DNA of 51,743 nt, the filler included, from Jimgerdemannia flammicorona (lineage: Eukaryota): assembly GCA_003990765.1 (NCBI GenBank). It is 2 parts of 2 records of this genome, joined end to end, with 100 filler letters (N's around TTAATTAATTAA, not from the genome) between each part and the next. Parts side by side here need not be neighbours in the genome. Positions count along the whole stretch, not along the records: positions 1 to 25,822 come from RBNJ01000784.1; positions 25,923 to 51,743 come from RBNJ01000785.1. One strand, 5' to 3'. Under the pieces are notes generated by a model, which had not been told where the DNA came from, searched no databases, and saw nothing but the letters and a program-made list of their open reading frames with translations. The translations under genes were made by a program, and so were the position numbers. Positions 23,210-36,100 of this stretch are shown here, piece after piece. How positions within the stretch are numbered: the first letter of the stretch is position 1; each line of letters begins with the position of its first letter.

Positions 23210-25159
23210 ATGAAGACCTGTCGATCCAACGCCTGCTACTACTGCACCACCGCACTTCTCTCCGTCGCCATTATGGGCTTGCCCGCCGCCGTCCACGCAC
23301 AGACCACCGCAAACTCTTCGGAAGGTGAGTTTACTGCCTATGACTGTGAAATGTCCAAAAGCCCCTTGCCGAACGGCCACCGCGGATCATAACACCTACA
23401 GCCATTGCGACTGTGTACTCTCCCGCCACTCGTCGAAACCAACCATTCCCAGTTCCCACTGTGCATTCCACACCCTTCCTCATCAGCCAAACGCCCTCGC
23501 TTCTTGTCTCCCTTCTTATTTCGAAATTCAAACGAACACTCCCACGATCCACCAAACACCTTCCGCACCCATGACCTGATCCGATTTTCCTTTCCTCCCC
23601 CACTAGGCTCCCCGCTGCAGCCTGACCCATGCTCCGCCAACGACAGAGATGGATACGACCTTCCGCTGCACATCGCTTCCGTGTTCATCATCGCGCTCAC
23701 CTCCGCCTTGGGCGCTTTCACCCCGCTCGTAGCGTCGCGGTTCCCGGGGCTGAGAATACCGGACTCGTTCATTACTTTAGGTAAGTTCACGGCAGTGATT
23801 GGAACAGGGCGGGGTGATGACATTCTTAAGAAAATCATGGAAGATTGGATCAGGTGGACGACGATTTTGTGCTGGAATACCAAGGCGCTAGATACTTGTT
23901 CACGTCAACTCAGCTAACTCATTTATCTCACCCAACCTCCAGGCAAGCACTTCGGTACAGGCGTCATCCTCGCCACAGGATTTATTCACATGCTCCCCGC
24001 AGCCATGTCGAGCTTGACCTCGCCCTGCCTCTCCTCTGCCTGGACACAAGACTACCCCGTCTACGCGGCGCTCTTCGCCATGTTTGCCGCTCTCTTCATG
24101 CAGCTGACTGAGCAGCTCGCCTCCGAGAATGCCGAGAAGCGCCGTCGTATACTCCTGGAGAAGGAGCAAGACGCCGCTCAGCCTATCAGCAACGACGTAC
24201 CGGGGCCCGTCTTCCCGCAGCTTAAACATTCTCATGAGCACGAAAAGCATCGCCATAACCACGACCACGACCATCCAGACGAGGCAGACCTCACCTCCGT
24301 CACCACCAATGGCAATAACCCACACACTCCCACACATCCCGTCACGCCGCTTACGACGGTCTCCTCAGCCACCACTAGCGTCGCCCCCACTGCCGCCGCT
24401 AGGGCGAGAGTGGAGGATTATGCCGAGGACGTGGCAACGGATATTACCGTGTCGCATATCCATTCGCATCACACGCATACGCACTCGCGGGGTAATGATC
24501 ATTATCCGCATAACCATCACCATCACCATGCCCATCCGCATGGCGGACATAATCATGATCACGGGATTGTGTTCCTTGAAAATGAGCGCAAGAAGATTTC
24601 GACCTATATCCTTGAGGTCGGCGTCGCCACCCATTCGGTCATCATTGGTATCGCCCTCGGCGTCAGCTCTAAGAACGAGTTCACGGGTCTGCTCATCGCG
24701 CTCGTATTCCACCAGTTCTTCGAAGGTATATATATATTAAGCATATTTTCATATACAATGCCGTCCATCATTCCCTTCAACTCATACTCACCCTTCCCGG
24801 TCCCTCTTCCTTCCATAGGCTTTGCCCTCGGCGCGCGCATCGCGGAAGTATATACGCGCTCGGTCCTGGCTGCCTTCATGTCGCTCATCTACGTCTTGAC
24901 AACTCCGCTGGGTATTGCCATCGGCATCGGCATCTCCTCTACCTATAACCCGAACTCCACCACTGCGCTGCTCACACAGGGTATCTTCGACTCCATTTCC
25001 GCGGGTATCCTGCTCTACATGGCGTTTGTCAACCTCATCGCTATAGAGTTCACACAGAACATGCGCATGCACGAGCTTGGTACCCGTACCAAGGTTTCTT
25101 ATTATCTCGCCATGTATAGCGGTGCGGCAATTATGGCGTTGATTGGGAGATGGGCGTAG
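23210..25159 (+). CDS. ZIP-family (Zrt/Irt-like) zinc/iron transporter with signal-peptide-like N-terminus and His-rich loop, 4 exons
   Basis: Exons 23210-23324, 23607-23780, 23943-24725, 24819-25159 with phase-1 GT-AG introns. Motifs YDLPLHIASVFII, GKHFGTGVILATGFIHMLP, ILEVGVATHSVIIGIALG, FHQFFEG|FALG, TTPLGIAIG, DSISAGILLY. Two His clusters in the TM3-TM4 loop. Confidence 0.95.
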
Positions 25160-25822
25160 GATTTGTATTATTTTTTTGGATTTTAGTTTGTATTTGCAAT
25201 GCAAAACCGCCTTTGCGCGCGTCACGCTCCAACTTCTCTCTGCTCACCTGCCTTGACACCTTCACCTCTCGCGTCGAATCCTGCGCTTTTATTCTTCTTT
25301 CCTTTCTTTGCAACTGTACTTTTGAGAACAAATCACAGCACCTGTTCTGTTTTTTTGATTGGTATCTTGTTCTCCCTTGTTATGGATATGTTGTTTTTGT
25401 TTGTATGCGCGTTATAGCGGAAATGCAATGCGTCCGACGGATGCAAATAAATAAAATAAATAAAAAGGAAAGAAAGAAGTCAAATTTTGGCGCGACAAGG
25501 TAGAGGTGAGAATGGCGCACATATGAAATTCTCTTTGAAAGCGTGGAACACAATCACGGGCTTGGGAAAATTGACCTCGCTTCATCGAATCATTTGCTGA
25601 CCGTTGAATTCCTTTAAACCAAACATCTATAACGCCATTCGGCGAAATAACTTTTGCTGGCCGCACCTTGAGAGGCTCGTCGTGGATTGCTCTTCAGTCT
25701 CCGACAGAGTTCGTCGCTGCACGGCTCAGACGAATACCTGAAGCTCCAGAGCTGTGTGCTACATGATGGGCTGTGCGTTAGTGTGTTGCTTCTATCAGTG
25801 AAATCAACTCTGCCAAAAAAAA

Positions 25823-25922
25823 NNNNNNNNNNNNNNNNNNNNNNNNNNNNNNNNNNNNNNNNNNNNTTAATTAATTAANNNNNNNNNNNNNNNNNNNNNN
25901 NNNNNNNNNNNNNNNNNNNNNN
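25823..25922. other. Artificial 100-nt assembly spacer
   Basis: N-run enclosing TTAATTAATTAA (25867-25878), which gives stops in all six frames and is a standard contig-joining linker. Confidence 0.95.
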
Positions 25923-28900
25923 TTTTTATAGTCACTTGGACTCCTTCCTTTATTAATACACCCTTCACTTCTTTATATAATAACTGTGCCCACCCCTACC
26001 TGATCCCCCTAGGGGCCCCCCTCTCCCCCACTCTCTCTCAATGAAAGACCACTCTGTCATTCACCATCTCCACCTGTCCACCACTTTGTTCACATATCCC
26101 TTCCACTAGAGGCAATGTCTCCTACCCTGGGGACCCCAACCAACTCACCACCTAGTCAGCAAATCCCCCATCAACTCCTCTCATCTAGACAACTTCTCCT
26201 GCATATCTATCTGCTGTCCCTCCTCAAAAATAAAGAGCCAATATCCAGCCAGCCCTACTCATACTGCTAAAACCCACTCTACAGTGAGCCACCCATTGCC
26301 TACACCACCTACTAACCTAGTTTTCAAATCCTCCCATTGACCTCTCTCTCCATCCAGCCTCCTTTCCACACCCAGCCAGTCTCCTGCTGCTATCCAAAGG
26401 TCCCCCAGAATCTCACACTCTTTTAGCCAATGTTCTGGTGTCTGCACATAACCCTCAACTTGTCCAACATTACAGCACTCCTCACAATCATATCAGCCAC
26501 CATCCACCAGATGTCCAGTATGGAAATTTAACATGACATTCCTCTGCAGCATCTGCCACCAGATCACTCAGAACTTGGGAGGAAGCCACCTCCACACCAC
26601 AGCACTCTATGACCAGACTCTTGCCCAGTCTCACTCCTCACCAATCCTCACTGCCTGCCAACCACTTGGCCAAATATCCTGACCAAGACTCTGCTGATAC
26701 TCTACCCCATCACAAATATCAAATTCAGTAAGCAGAACACCCCCCAGAAGTAGTCTGTCCTATTGCCACATAGCAGGTCTTCACAGTATCTCCCCCTCAT
26801 TACTTTACCAGTGCAGGCCAATTCAGTGTGCTCCATCCACCACTCCCCACCAGAAGCCCTTATACCTTAGCCTACAGCTTCCATCCATACCCACCAGAGA
26901 TAGCAAATATCCTGAGAACCCTCATGGGAAGAATCTCATCTCCCACATCTTCTGCATCAGCAGCACCCAATTCCTTTCCTTCAAATCAACAGTCCTTTTC
27001 AACTACCATGCTCACAGACAGTGTAGCCTCTTAGGAAGGTCCACTAGACCTAGCCCTCCCTGAACCACCAGTGTTACCAGAGTGTCCCAACTGATCTGGG
27101 CCCATCTCCCTGCCCAAATCTAGTCTCTCCAAGCTATCTCCTCTTCATTTCTCTGCGAACGAATTCCAATACAGTATACTCCCTCCACTACCCCCCACCA
27201 GAAGCCTTTGTATCTCAATTGTGCAGTGTTCTGAAGCCCAATCAAGGATAGGAGATCTCCTGTCGAGCCTTATGGTAAGGACCTCATCTCCCAGACCTTC
27301 TGCAATAGGGGAACTCAACTACCCCCTCTCAACTCTACTGCTCTCTTTAACCACAATGCTCTCAAACAATATGGTTTCTTCAGAAAGTCAACCAGGCCAA
27401 TTCTGCCTCTTGCCACCAGTAAGGATAAGACCTTCCAACTGATCTGACTCCTCCTTCCAGTCCAGATCCACTCCTTGGCCAGCTTCATCAATCTCTTTAC
27501 CACCCAGGCTGAGAAGTCCAGATGATAAGCCAGATACCACAACTTCAGCAGCCAATAGATGTTCAAAATCAAGACACACCTGCTAGAGATAAGTGGTGAC
27601 CCCCCCAACTCTGCAGGGTCTCCCCCTGGATTCCAACCCTCTGCTCCCACCAAAGTCTAGATAGGACTAACCCATACACTAATAAATAAATACCCAAGTA
27701 CCATACTACCTCACCAGTAGGGATGATTGTTCCAATGATGTCGCCTCCCACTAGGCCATTACCTAACACTATAGTTTCACACTTGTGCCAATTGAGTTTA
27801 GCCCCAGAGTTCTCCTCATATCACTCTACTATCTCCTTGAGCTCCTCAACATCAGCGATTTATCCCAGGCTGACCACCATATTATCTGCAAAGGCCCCAA
27901 CTTTCCACCCAATTCCAAAGATGGAGAGCCCAACTATCTTCCACCTAATTCTGTCCATTAGGGGTTCTAGAGAAAGAGCATACAGAATGGGGGACAGTGG
28001 GTCTCCCTGGGGTATACCCCTATCCAGGGGAAATGACACCCCTCTATGTCTATTATACATGAGTGCAGCCCTACTCCCTTCCAGTAGGCTGATCATTGCT
28101 GACCAGAACTGGGGTGGTACCCCAGTCCTATCCAATACTTTTACCAGCCAGACTCTGCACACCTGGTCATAAGCCTTCTCCTGGTCCAAGAAGACCAGTC
28201 ACCCATCTAGTCCACAAGCTCATACTCCTTCAATAACTCCATACACCTATGCTGTAACATCCCTAATGAGCCAGCCTCCTACAAAGCCCCTGTGCTCAAC
28301 ACACAAGACTTGCTGTGCCACCTTCTGTAGTCTTGCAACCACTATCTTAGTCATCAACTTTCTGTCCATATCTAGCAGCATAATCAGCTGCCAGTTCTTC
28401 CAGTCCTCTCACCTCCCTTTGTTCTTATAAAGCAATATCACCAGCTCCAGATCCTGCTCCCCCACCCATCTCTCTGTCTGTAGTATAAATTGCACAATGC
28501 TATCATCTCATCTAGTACTTCTGGGATCCCCACCATCTTCTTCCAGAAGTCTCAGGGCAGACCATCCTTCCCAGGTGCCATACCCAGTGTTGTTGTGGCA
28601 AGAACCTGGTGGATCTCTTTCTCTTGTATAGGCAACACCAAGTCACCCAGCCTGTCTACTTGTGGGGGGTACCAATTGTCTAATACCCAGTCAATTGCAG
28701 TAACATTAGCCCCACCCTTCTCCTTACTCCATAATCCACTCTATCACTTCTTCAATGATCCAAGAATGTCTTGTATACCATGTACCAGTATACCATCAGA
28801 GTTAAGCACCCCCTCCCACCTTTGTTATACTCTTCTTACCCAAAGGGCTCTCATGAGATACTTTGAGGGCCTCTCTCCTTCCTCCAAACCCTGCCAACAA

Positions 28901-31900
28901 AGATATGCTACCAAACTCTATACCCTTGCCTCTTCCTCTTCTCTCAGCATCAGTTGTAATTCTCCCACCTCTATTTTTGCCCTCATTAATCTCCAATCCT
29001 CTCCCCCCTCCAATGCTGCTAGCTCTGCCCAATCCTCTAAGAGTCTAGTCAGTCTAACTGAAGCTCATTACACCTGGTGCCTCCTCTGCCTCCCAGCCTC
29101 CTTACCAGCCTTGCTCCAGTAGACTATGGCCATCTCTTTCATCCTCATCTACTAAACACCCACTGGGGCACCCTCCTACCTCCAGCTCCCCACCCTCAGT
29201 TGAATGTCTTCAGCCCACTCATCCCACTGAATCCTATCATCTAATAAAGAGGAATTGAGGTGCCAATATCCAGGCCCATCTCCACATCCCCCAAAATACC
29301 TCTGTTCTAACAGCCCCCAATAATCTGACCATAGAAACCATTCTACCTCCAGCGACTTCCAAACATCTAAGCCCCAGCAGCTAGCTGTCAAAATCTAGTC
29401 AATCCTCATCCCCAAGCCCCCTGCCCAATGTGTGTATATCCTTCTATCCCCCCAACTCTCCTGATCAGTATTCACCAGAGCACTTAGCCTTTCCACTTTC
29501 TCCCATGCCACCAGCCCTCCACTCCTACTCTCAGCTCTCCATCCTCTATCTGTTGTATCCATCAGTATGTTCCAGACCATATTGAAGTCTCCACCAAGCA
29601 TATCCACCTCAGCCTCTACAAGGACCCCACTCTCTAGGAGACCCTTCATCTAATCCACATACTCACCCCATACAGCAGGGTAGTAACAGGAGCCCACTAT
29701 AACTGGCTCTCAACCTGTATGTATCCACTCTCCCCAGACCAATCTATCTCCCCAGCTCCTCATATCCTGTATCTCCCCTCTCTCTTTCCAGACCAGAATC
29801 CCAACCTTGCCCCTCCAAACTGCCTCACCTCCCCATTCCTTTGTCCATTCCAGCCTATCCAAATTATTCTCACACCTAACATCCTGCAAGAGGAAGAGAT
29901 TGGCCTCCAATCCCTTCAGCCAAGTAAAAATGTTCCTATGTCAAGAAGTACCCTGCAACCCATTCATGTTTAAAGAAAAAATATTAGTTGCCCTATTCAT
30001 AATGAAATACAGTATGTTATCAAGTCCATCCCTACTGCTCCATGATTATCTCTTCCTGTGCTATGTCTAGATTATGTTTCGCAGCCTTTAGCCCTCTGAG
30101 CCTCCAATCCAACCAACAGCTCATTCATCTCCCCATCTGCCTTCTCCTCAAACTCCTCCCAGTGCTCCAGACAGACCTCCTGTCAGAGCTACAATTCATG
30201 TTGCTTATTCCAGCAGTATTTAGCCCTCTCACTAGCGACACCTGCCAGCTCTGCCACTCACTCCTTATCTACTTCATACCCTTCCTCCTCCAGATACACC
30301 ACAAGGATTTTCATCTTCAATGCCATCATCACTCCATCCCCCTGCAGGATCTGCACCCAATGCTCATCAATCATTACTCTTAGGTCCACCTCTCCCAACT
30401 CTTCAGCTGCTAGATTATTCATTATCTTATACATCCAAAGTAGGTTCCCCACCTCCTTCCCTCCAGGAGTTGCTGGCCTCCCACCTTTCAGTATCATAGT
30501 ATCAGCCCTAGTACTTACAGACTCATCCTACACCTCTGGGATATCCACCAGTACCTCCTCTACAACTTCCACCACTTGTCCCCCATTCACCACCTCTAGA
30601 ACTCCAAATTGCACTCGCTGGGCCCCCTGCATTGGCATATCCTCTGCCACCCTGCTTTGGGAAGCTTGATCTTACCTGATAAGAGGAATAGGGGTAGGCA
30701 AGTCCTCCCAGGCCTCCTCTCAGACCTCAAACATACCATCTGCATATGAGTTATTGCCAGTCTCCTCACTGTTCTTTCCTGTCTCCTTCCCTGCACTCCC
30801 ACCACCATTGCTGGCCCAGACACTCACTTTGGCACCCCCCACCTCCACCATTCCTCCTGTATCCTTCTGTGGTCTACCCTCCAGCTTAGCCAGTAACTCC
30901 TTCTGTCTCTTATGTCTCTGAGCTCTTTCCCACTGCCTCTTGTCCACTTGAATCTATTTTCCATCCACCACCTCTAAGTACATCAACTCCACAAAAGCCT
31001 TCCAAGCCTTCACCCACTACTCAACAGTATCACTCAGCTCTTTCAGTACTTCTAATAAGTCTTCTTCCTCCTCCTCACTCCCCTTTACCCTTGTCACCTT
31101 GCACAAGATTGCCCCCCAGATGATCACCAAAGGCCAGTTTCTTGCCTTCCCAGTAGCTTCCTTCCCTGGCAGCCTAATCCTCACATCAACATCCCCAGTC
31201 CTGAGCGAGGTCCTTTCCCAGACTCTGAATCCAATATCCACTACCTCTCCATACTCCACCATGACCTCCTCAACTCTCCTTCTCATCTCCACCATCATCA
31301 CCATGGGCACCCCTTTCACCAGCAGTTATATCACCCTGGGGTCCCATCTCAGGTACTATGCCATTAGAACACACACCTCCCCAACCATCAATCCAGTCTT
31401 CAGCACCTCCTCCAAAGGCCCATCCTCCTCAAAGCCTATCTCCACTCTCTCCAATCTCTTCAGAAACTTTACTGACACTGCTCCAGCCACCTGCTTAGCA
31501 ATAAGCCCCAGTACCATTTTCACCATCACTGCTAGGCCTCAGAAGCACAGTGTAACCATGAATGCTGAGATTGATTCTTTGAGTAATGGGGCCACTGCCA
31601 TGCTCATTATACCATCTGTCAAATCCCCCTGCCTTCCAAGTCCCAGCTGCTCAGCTGTGCCATCAGTAGTCATATCTGGATTTTTTTCCAGATTGGTAGT
31701 CCCATCACTATCAGCCATCATACTCCCCCCAGCCACTACACCCCCAGTTCTACTGCCCCCACCACTAAGGGCTACTCCCCCATGTACTACTATCTTCCCC
31801 ATCTCCTTGCCTTTCCTCAGCCACCCCTCCAGCCCAGATGCCTGCTGTCTCTCCATCATTGTCTCTACAAAGGTCACTCTCCCAGACCCCTGTCTACCAC

Positions 31901-32130
31901 CACTGCCCCATCCCCTTCCACATCCTCCTGCCAGCAGCCCATACTACCTCCCAGGCCAGGACCTCTCCCCACATGCTACCAGTCGAATACACTTAGGCCA
32001 CCCTGCCCCATATACACCTCAGATTGCCTGTCAGTTGCTATGTTGCTAGTCTCTTTCTCCAAAAACGATGTTGTAAGTACTTTCCAAAGGTTGTGTAACC
32101 TGAATGGTACTGGAGAGAGGCCTGGTCGAT
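25923..32130 (-). mobile_element. Full-length degenerate L1/Tx1-like non-LTR retrotransposon (copy 1)
   Basis: ORF1 relics at about 31900-30050 (RRM-like VVDIGFRVWERTSLRTGDVDVRIRL). APE endonuclease: MNGLQG, LLQDV, LGGDFN, WSDY, WHLNSSLL. RT: DQEKAYD, GIPQGDPLSP, GAFADN, YLGI. C-terminal CxxC/H/C region; ends AAGTGACTAT+polyA at the contig edge. Many stops. Confidence 0.92.
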
Positions 32131-33165
32131 GAAGAGTTTCTCTTGCTTCTTCTTTAAGAATATGGTGAGCTTTGCAATTCTGAAAGCTATAGTTTAAGGT
32201 GGTCTTGGTCCTGGTATGGTGAAAGTCAGTAGAGTTGAGCCACTTGGTCATAAAGGCTTGGTCTTCATAAGGAACTAAGGCTAGAAAGACTGCTGCTGGT
32301 TGTCCTATGTTGCTCAGATTTGTAGAGCTGACAAAACTCTTGTTGAGGAGAATAAAGAAGACTTCTATAAGACCTTCTTCATCTTGACTTGCAGGGTGTA
32401 GAGAAAGGAGTTCAATGAATAGAGTTTCACCTATCTGCTAATTTAATTGGAGTACTTCTTTCTTTGAATAAAGTCTGTCCCACTTATTGCAGGTGTGGAG
32501 GTCAAATTGTCATTATACATCAGGTTCAATTTTCTTCAGATTATTAGATGGTTTGGAATAAATTCCAGTTCAGAGGTTTGGCTTTATACCAACTTGTAAG
32601 AATTCTTAGAGAGGTTTGTAGTAAAGTGAGAAAGCATCTTGAAGTAGAATTGGATTACAAACTGCTGCTACCAAGTTGAAAGAGGGTTACTTGTTAAGGT
32701 AACCATTACATAGTTCTAGAAGGGTTTTCTAGAAGTTCTGGATATTCTGAAAGACTGATTACTTAAGGTCAAGATCAATTTCATATAGAGTATGTCCTCT
32801 ATGTTTATTGATTTCAAGAACAGATTGACATCTTAACCAAAGTCCCTTTTTGGACTAGTTCTAGATATTCCAGATTTTCTGTATTTCAGGACATTTAAGA
32901 AACTAAGGCCAGCTTAGTTAAATTAGCATATTACTACAGATAATACCCAATTAGGAAATTTCGTGATGGAGCTAGAACTGGGACCTAACAGAGAGTAGAT
33001 TTACTTAAGAGTGGTTTGTGGGTTATTAAAAAGATTTATTCACCATTCATAATATTACTATACTAGAAGTAGTTGTGTAAAGAGATATTGTGGGGAAGTG
33101 CTCAGGAGTTGTATTCAGATTTTTTAAGTCTGAGATTCTGAGGTCCAGGAGAGGGGGTATTTATA
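32131..33165 (-). mobile_element. Decayed host element (probably LTR-retroelement 5' region) interrupted by both LINEs
   Basis: Minus-strand TATAAATA at about 33165, AATAAA downstream, then a broken ORF-like stretch. CpG-depleted; continues at 38968 across the TSD. No diagnostic gag/pol motif seen. Confidence 0.35.
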
Positions 33166-36100
33166 TAACCACAGACCCTTTTACTGGTAATATTCAGGTA
33201 ACACAAGACTCAGACAACACTTTTCACAACATTTTGGTAAAAGGAGACTATTAATATAGACAGCAACAAACATACTGGTAAGTGTGTCAGCCAGGGGGGT
33301 AGTAGTACCTTTGACTGGTAGCATGTAGGGAGGAGGCAGAGAGATAGTTTGGAGATGCCAGGACCTTCTATGTCTGGCTGCAGTACTGGTAGTAGAGAGA
33401 GGGGTGGATTGAGACAACAAGGGGGGGGGAGGACAACCTTTGCTGGCAAGGTCAAGATGGGGAAAATGGTGTCTGGTCTGGATGGTTGGTTGAGACTGGG
33501 GAAGGTATTGATGACTACTGCTGGGGGATAGAGAGGGGCCACCATGGGAGGGTTGGACAGTAAGGAGAGGGGGAGAGGGGCTAGAGATATGACTGCTGAT
33601 GGAGCTGTGATGGGGATCTGGAAAAAAATCCAGATGTGATGGTGGTTGGCAGATCAGGACAGGGGGAGGGCATGAGGCCCAGGGACCTAGCAGATGGTAT
33701 AACAGATATAGTGTTGGTACCATTACTCAAAAAGTCAGGTCAGAATTACTGTCACATTGTACTTCTGAGGCTTGGTGGTGACTGCAAGGATGATTTTGGG
33801 GCTGGTGGTGCAGAAGGTAAAGGGGGCAGCTTCAGTAAAGTTCTTGAAGGGGAAAGAATGGGTCAAGGTTGGATTTGAGGAAGAGGATTCATTGTTGGAG
33901 GCTGTGGAGAAGGGAGTAGTGGTGGGCAGGATAGTGGTCTCTATGGCCAGGTGTATGCACTGGGACCCCTAAGTGGTGCAGTTGATGGTATTGGATCTGC
34001 CTATGGTGTCAAGAGAGAAGACCGGGGAGTTGATTGTGGAGGTGGTCAAGGAATATAAGGAAATCGTAGATATAAAGTTCAGAGTCTGGGAGGGTACTGA
34101 ACTCTGGATGGGAGATATTGATATCAGGGTGAGGCTGGCTGAGAAGGAGAATACTGGGAAGGTGAGGGATTGGCAAGCAACCCTTAAGTGGGGACAAGTT
34201 GAATGCAAGGTTTCAAGGGTGAAGGGGATACTAGAGGAAGAGGAGGACTTGCTGGAGACTCTTGAGGATCTGGCAGGAGCAGTGAAGAGGAGGAGATTGG
34301 CTTGGAAGGAGTATGAAGTAAAGATGGTGGTGGAGATTGTAGAGGGAAAAAAGATCAGAATGGACCATGTGGCCTGAGAGAAAATGCAGGAGAGGTGAAT
34401 CCAGAAGGAGCTACTGGAGAAGTTGGGAGGGGGAGTGGCAGGTGGCAGTGCAGGAGAAGGGGGTGCTGGACTGATGGAGAGTACTTGGGCAGGGGAGTGC
34501 CGGATGGCCCAGGATGCAGCCCACAGCAGATCAAGAGAGGAGGGTCTGGGCAGCATGGTGGAGGATACCAAAATAGATTAGGAAGCCCACCCTCAGTATG
34601 ATGTCCTGAGTGGGGCAGGTGGGGAGAAAGAACTACTGGACATATTGGAGGAGGAGTGGGATGTCAGGGAGAAGGAATGCCTTGGTGGACTCTGTGGTGG
34701 AGGTCGAAGGAGTTGCCCAGGGTATTGCAGAGATGGTGGATGAAGAGAAGTGGCTGTGGAAGACTCTGGAGGGGGTGGTGGCTGAGGAGCTGGGGGGGCA
34801 AGAACTTCAGGGTCCTAAGTGATAGGTATTGAGAGGAAAACCTCCATGGGGAATAGGTGCTGAGGAAGATTAGAAATGAGATCCTGGTAGTACTCTTGGA
34901 GTCAGAGGAATATCAAGTGGATGATCAGAGAGAGGAGGCCCTTCAAGAGATTGTGAATGACTGGGTGGTATACTTGTGGAATTTGAGGAAGGGGTTGGAG
35001 AAGTGGAGAGTGGTATATACAGATTATTGAACAGAAATGGAGATTGTAGATGGAGTAGAGTGTCAGGAAATCTTGGAAGCACTGGATGCTCAGGCTGTAG
35101 TAGAGGGAAAGTTGGAGGCAGAGCAGCAATTGGATCTTGCTGGTGATGGGATGAGTATAGAATTCTAGATGGGGCTCTCAATATCAAACATTTTTCATTA
35201 TAAACAGTATAACTAGAATCTTTTCTTTGAATGTGAATGGATTGAGGGGAGTGATGCATCAAAGGAATATATTTGGCTGGTTGAAGGGACTGGATGCAGA
35301 TCTCTTCTTACTGCAGGATATATGGTATGGGGTAAATGTGGATTTACAGGACTGGACTAGAGAATGGGGTGGGGCAGCTGTGTAGGCTGGGCAGGTGGAT
35401 ATTCTCGTTTGAAAGGGGATGGGGGACATTGGAGATATTGGACATTAGGAGAGTAGGTTGGTGTGGGGAGTATGGAAGTGGCCTGGGTGGAACCCTTTGA
35501 CTGTTGGGTTGTGTTACTGCCTGGCTGAGAGGGGGGAATGCATAGATTGGATAAGGAACTTAAGAGAGGCTAGTGTTATGAGTGAGGCAGAGATTGATTG
35601 CCTGGGGGGTGATTTCGACATAGTATATAATAATGGGACAGACAGAACTGATGGTGGGAGAGGAATGAGAGGCAGAAGTGGTGGGTTAGATGATTGGATA
35701 GAGTTTGAGAGGTTGAGCTCCTTGGTTTACTTGGGGTGAGATTTTTGGGTAGAGCACCAAATTTATACTCACTGGGTGGCAGGGCTGGGCTCTAGGATTG
35801 ACTGGGTGTTGATGGTAGAGTACTGGGAAGTGAATGTCTGGGATGTGCTGGAGGTGGTTTGGTGCCCATGGTCAGATCACTGGGGTCTGTTAGAGAGTAG
35901 AAGATTTGGGGGAAGTGGGGATGGACCTGGACATTGGTGACTGAATTCTTCTTTGTTGGAGGATGGTTCCTTATAGATAGACTAAGAGGTAGATGTTATT
36001 GCAAAGATTGGCAGATAGTAGGAGCAGGGATTGGTGATTGGGGATCACTGGCAGTGACTGAAATCAAGTGCTCAGAGGTACTGGAGGAAGGCAGGGAAAG

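Noticed and set aside
31099..32049. 316-aa plus-strand ORF, and similarly 50814-51611 on the minus strand
   Set aside because: Antisense shadows of G-rich LINE coding sequence.
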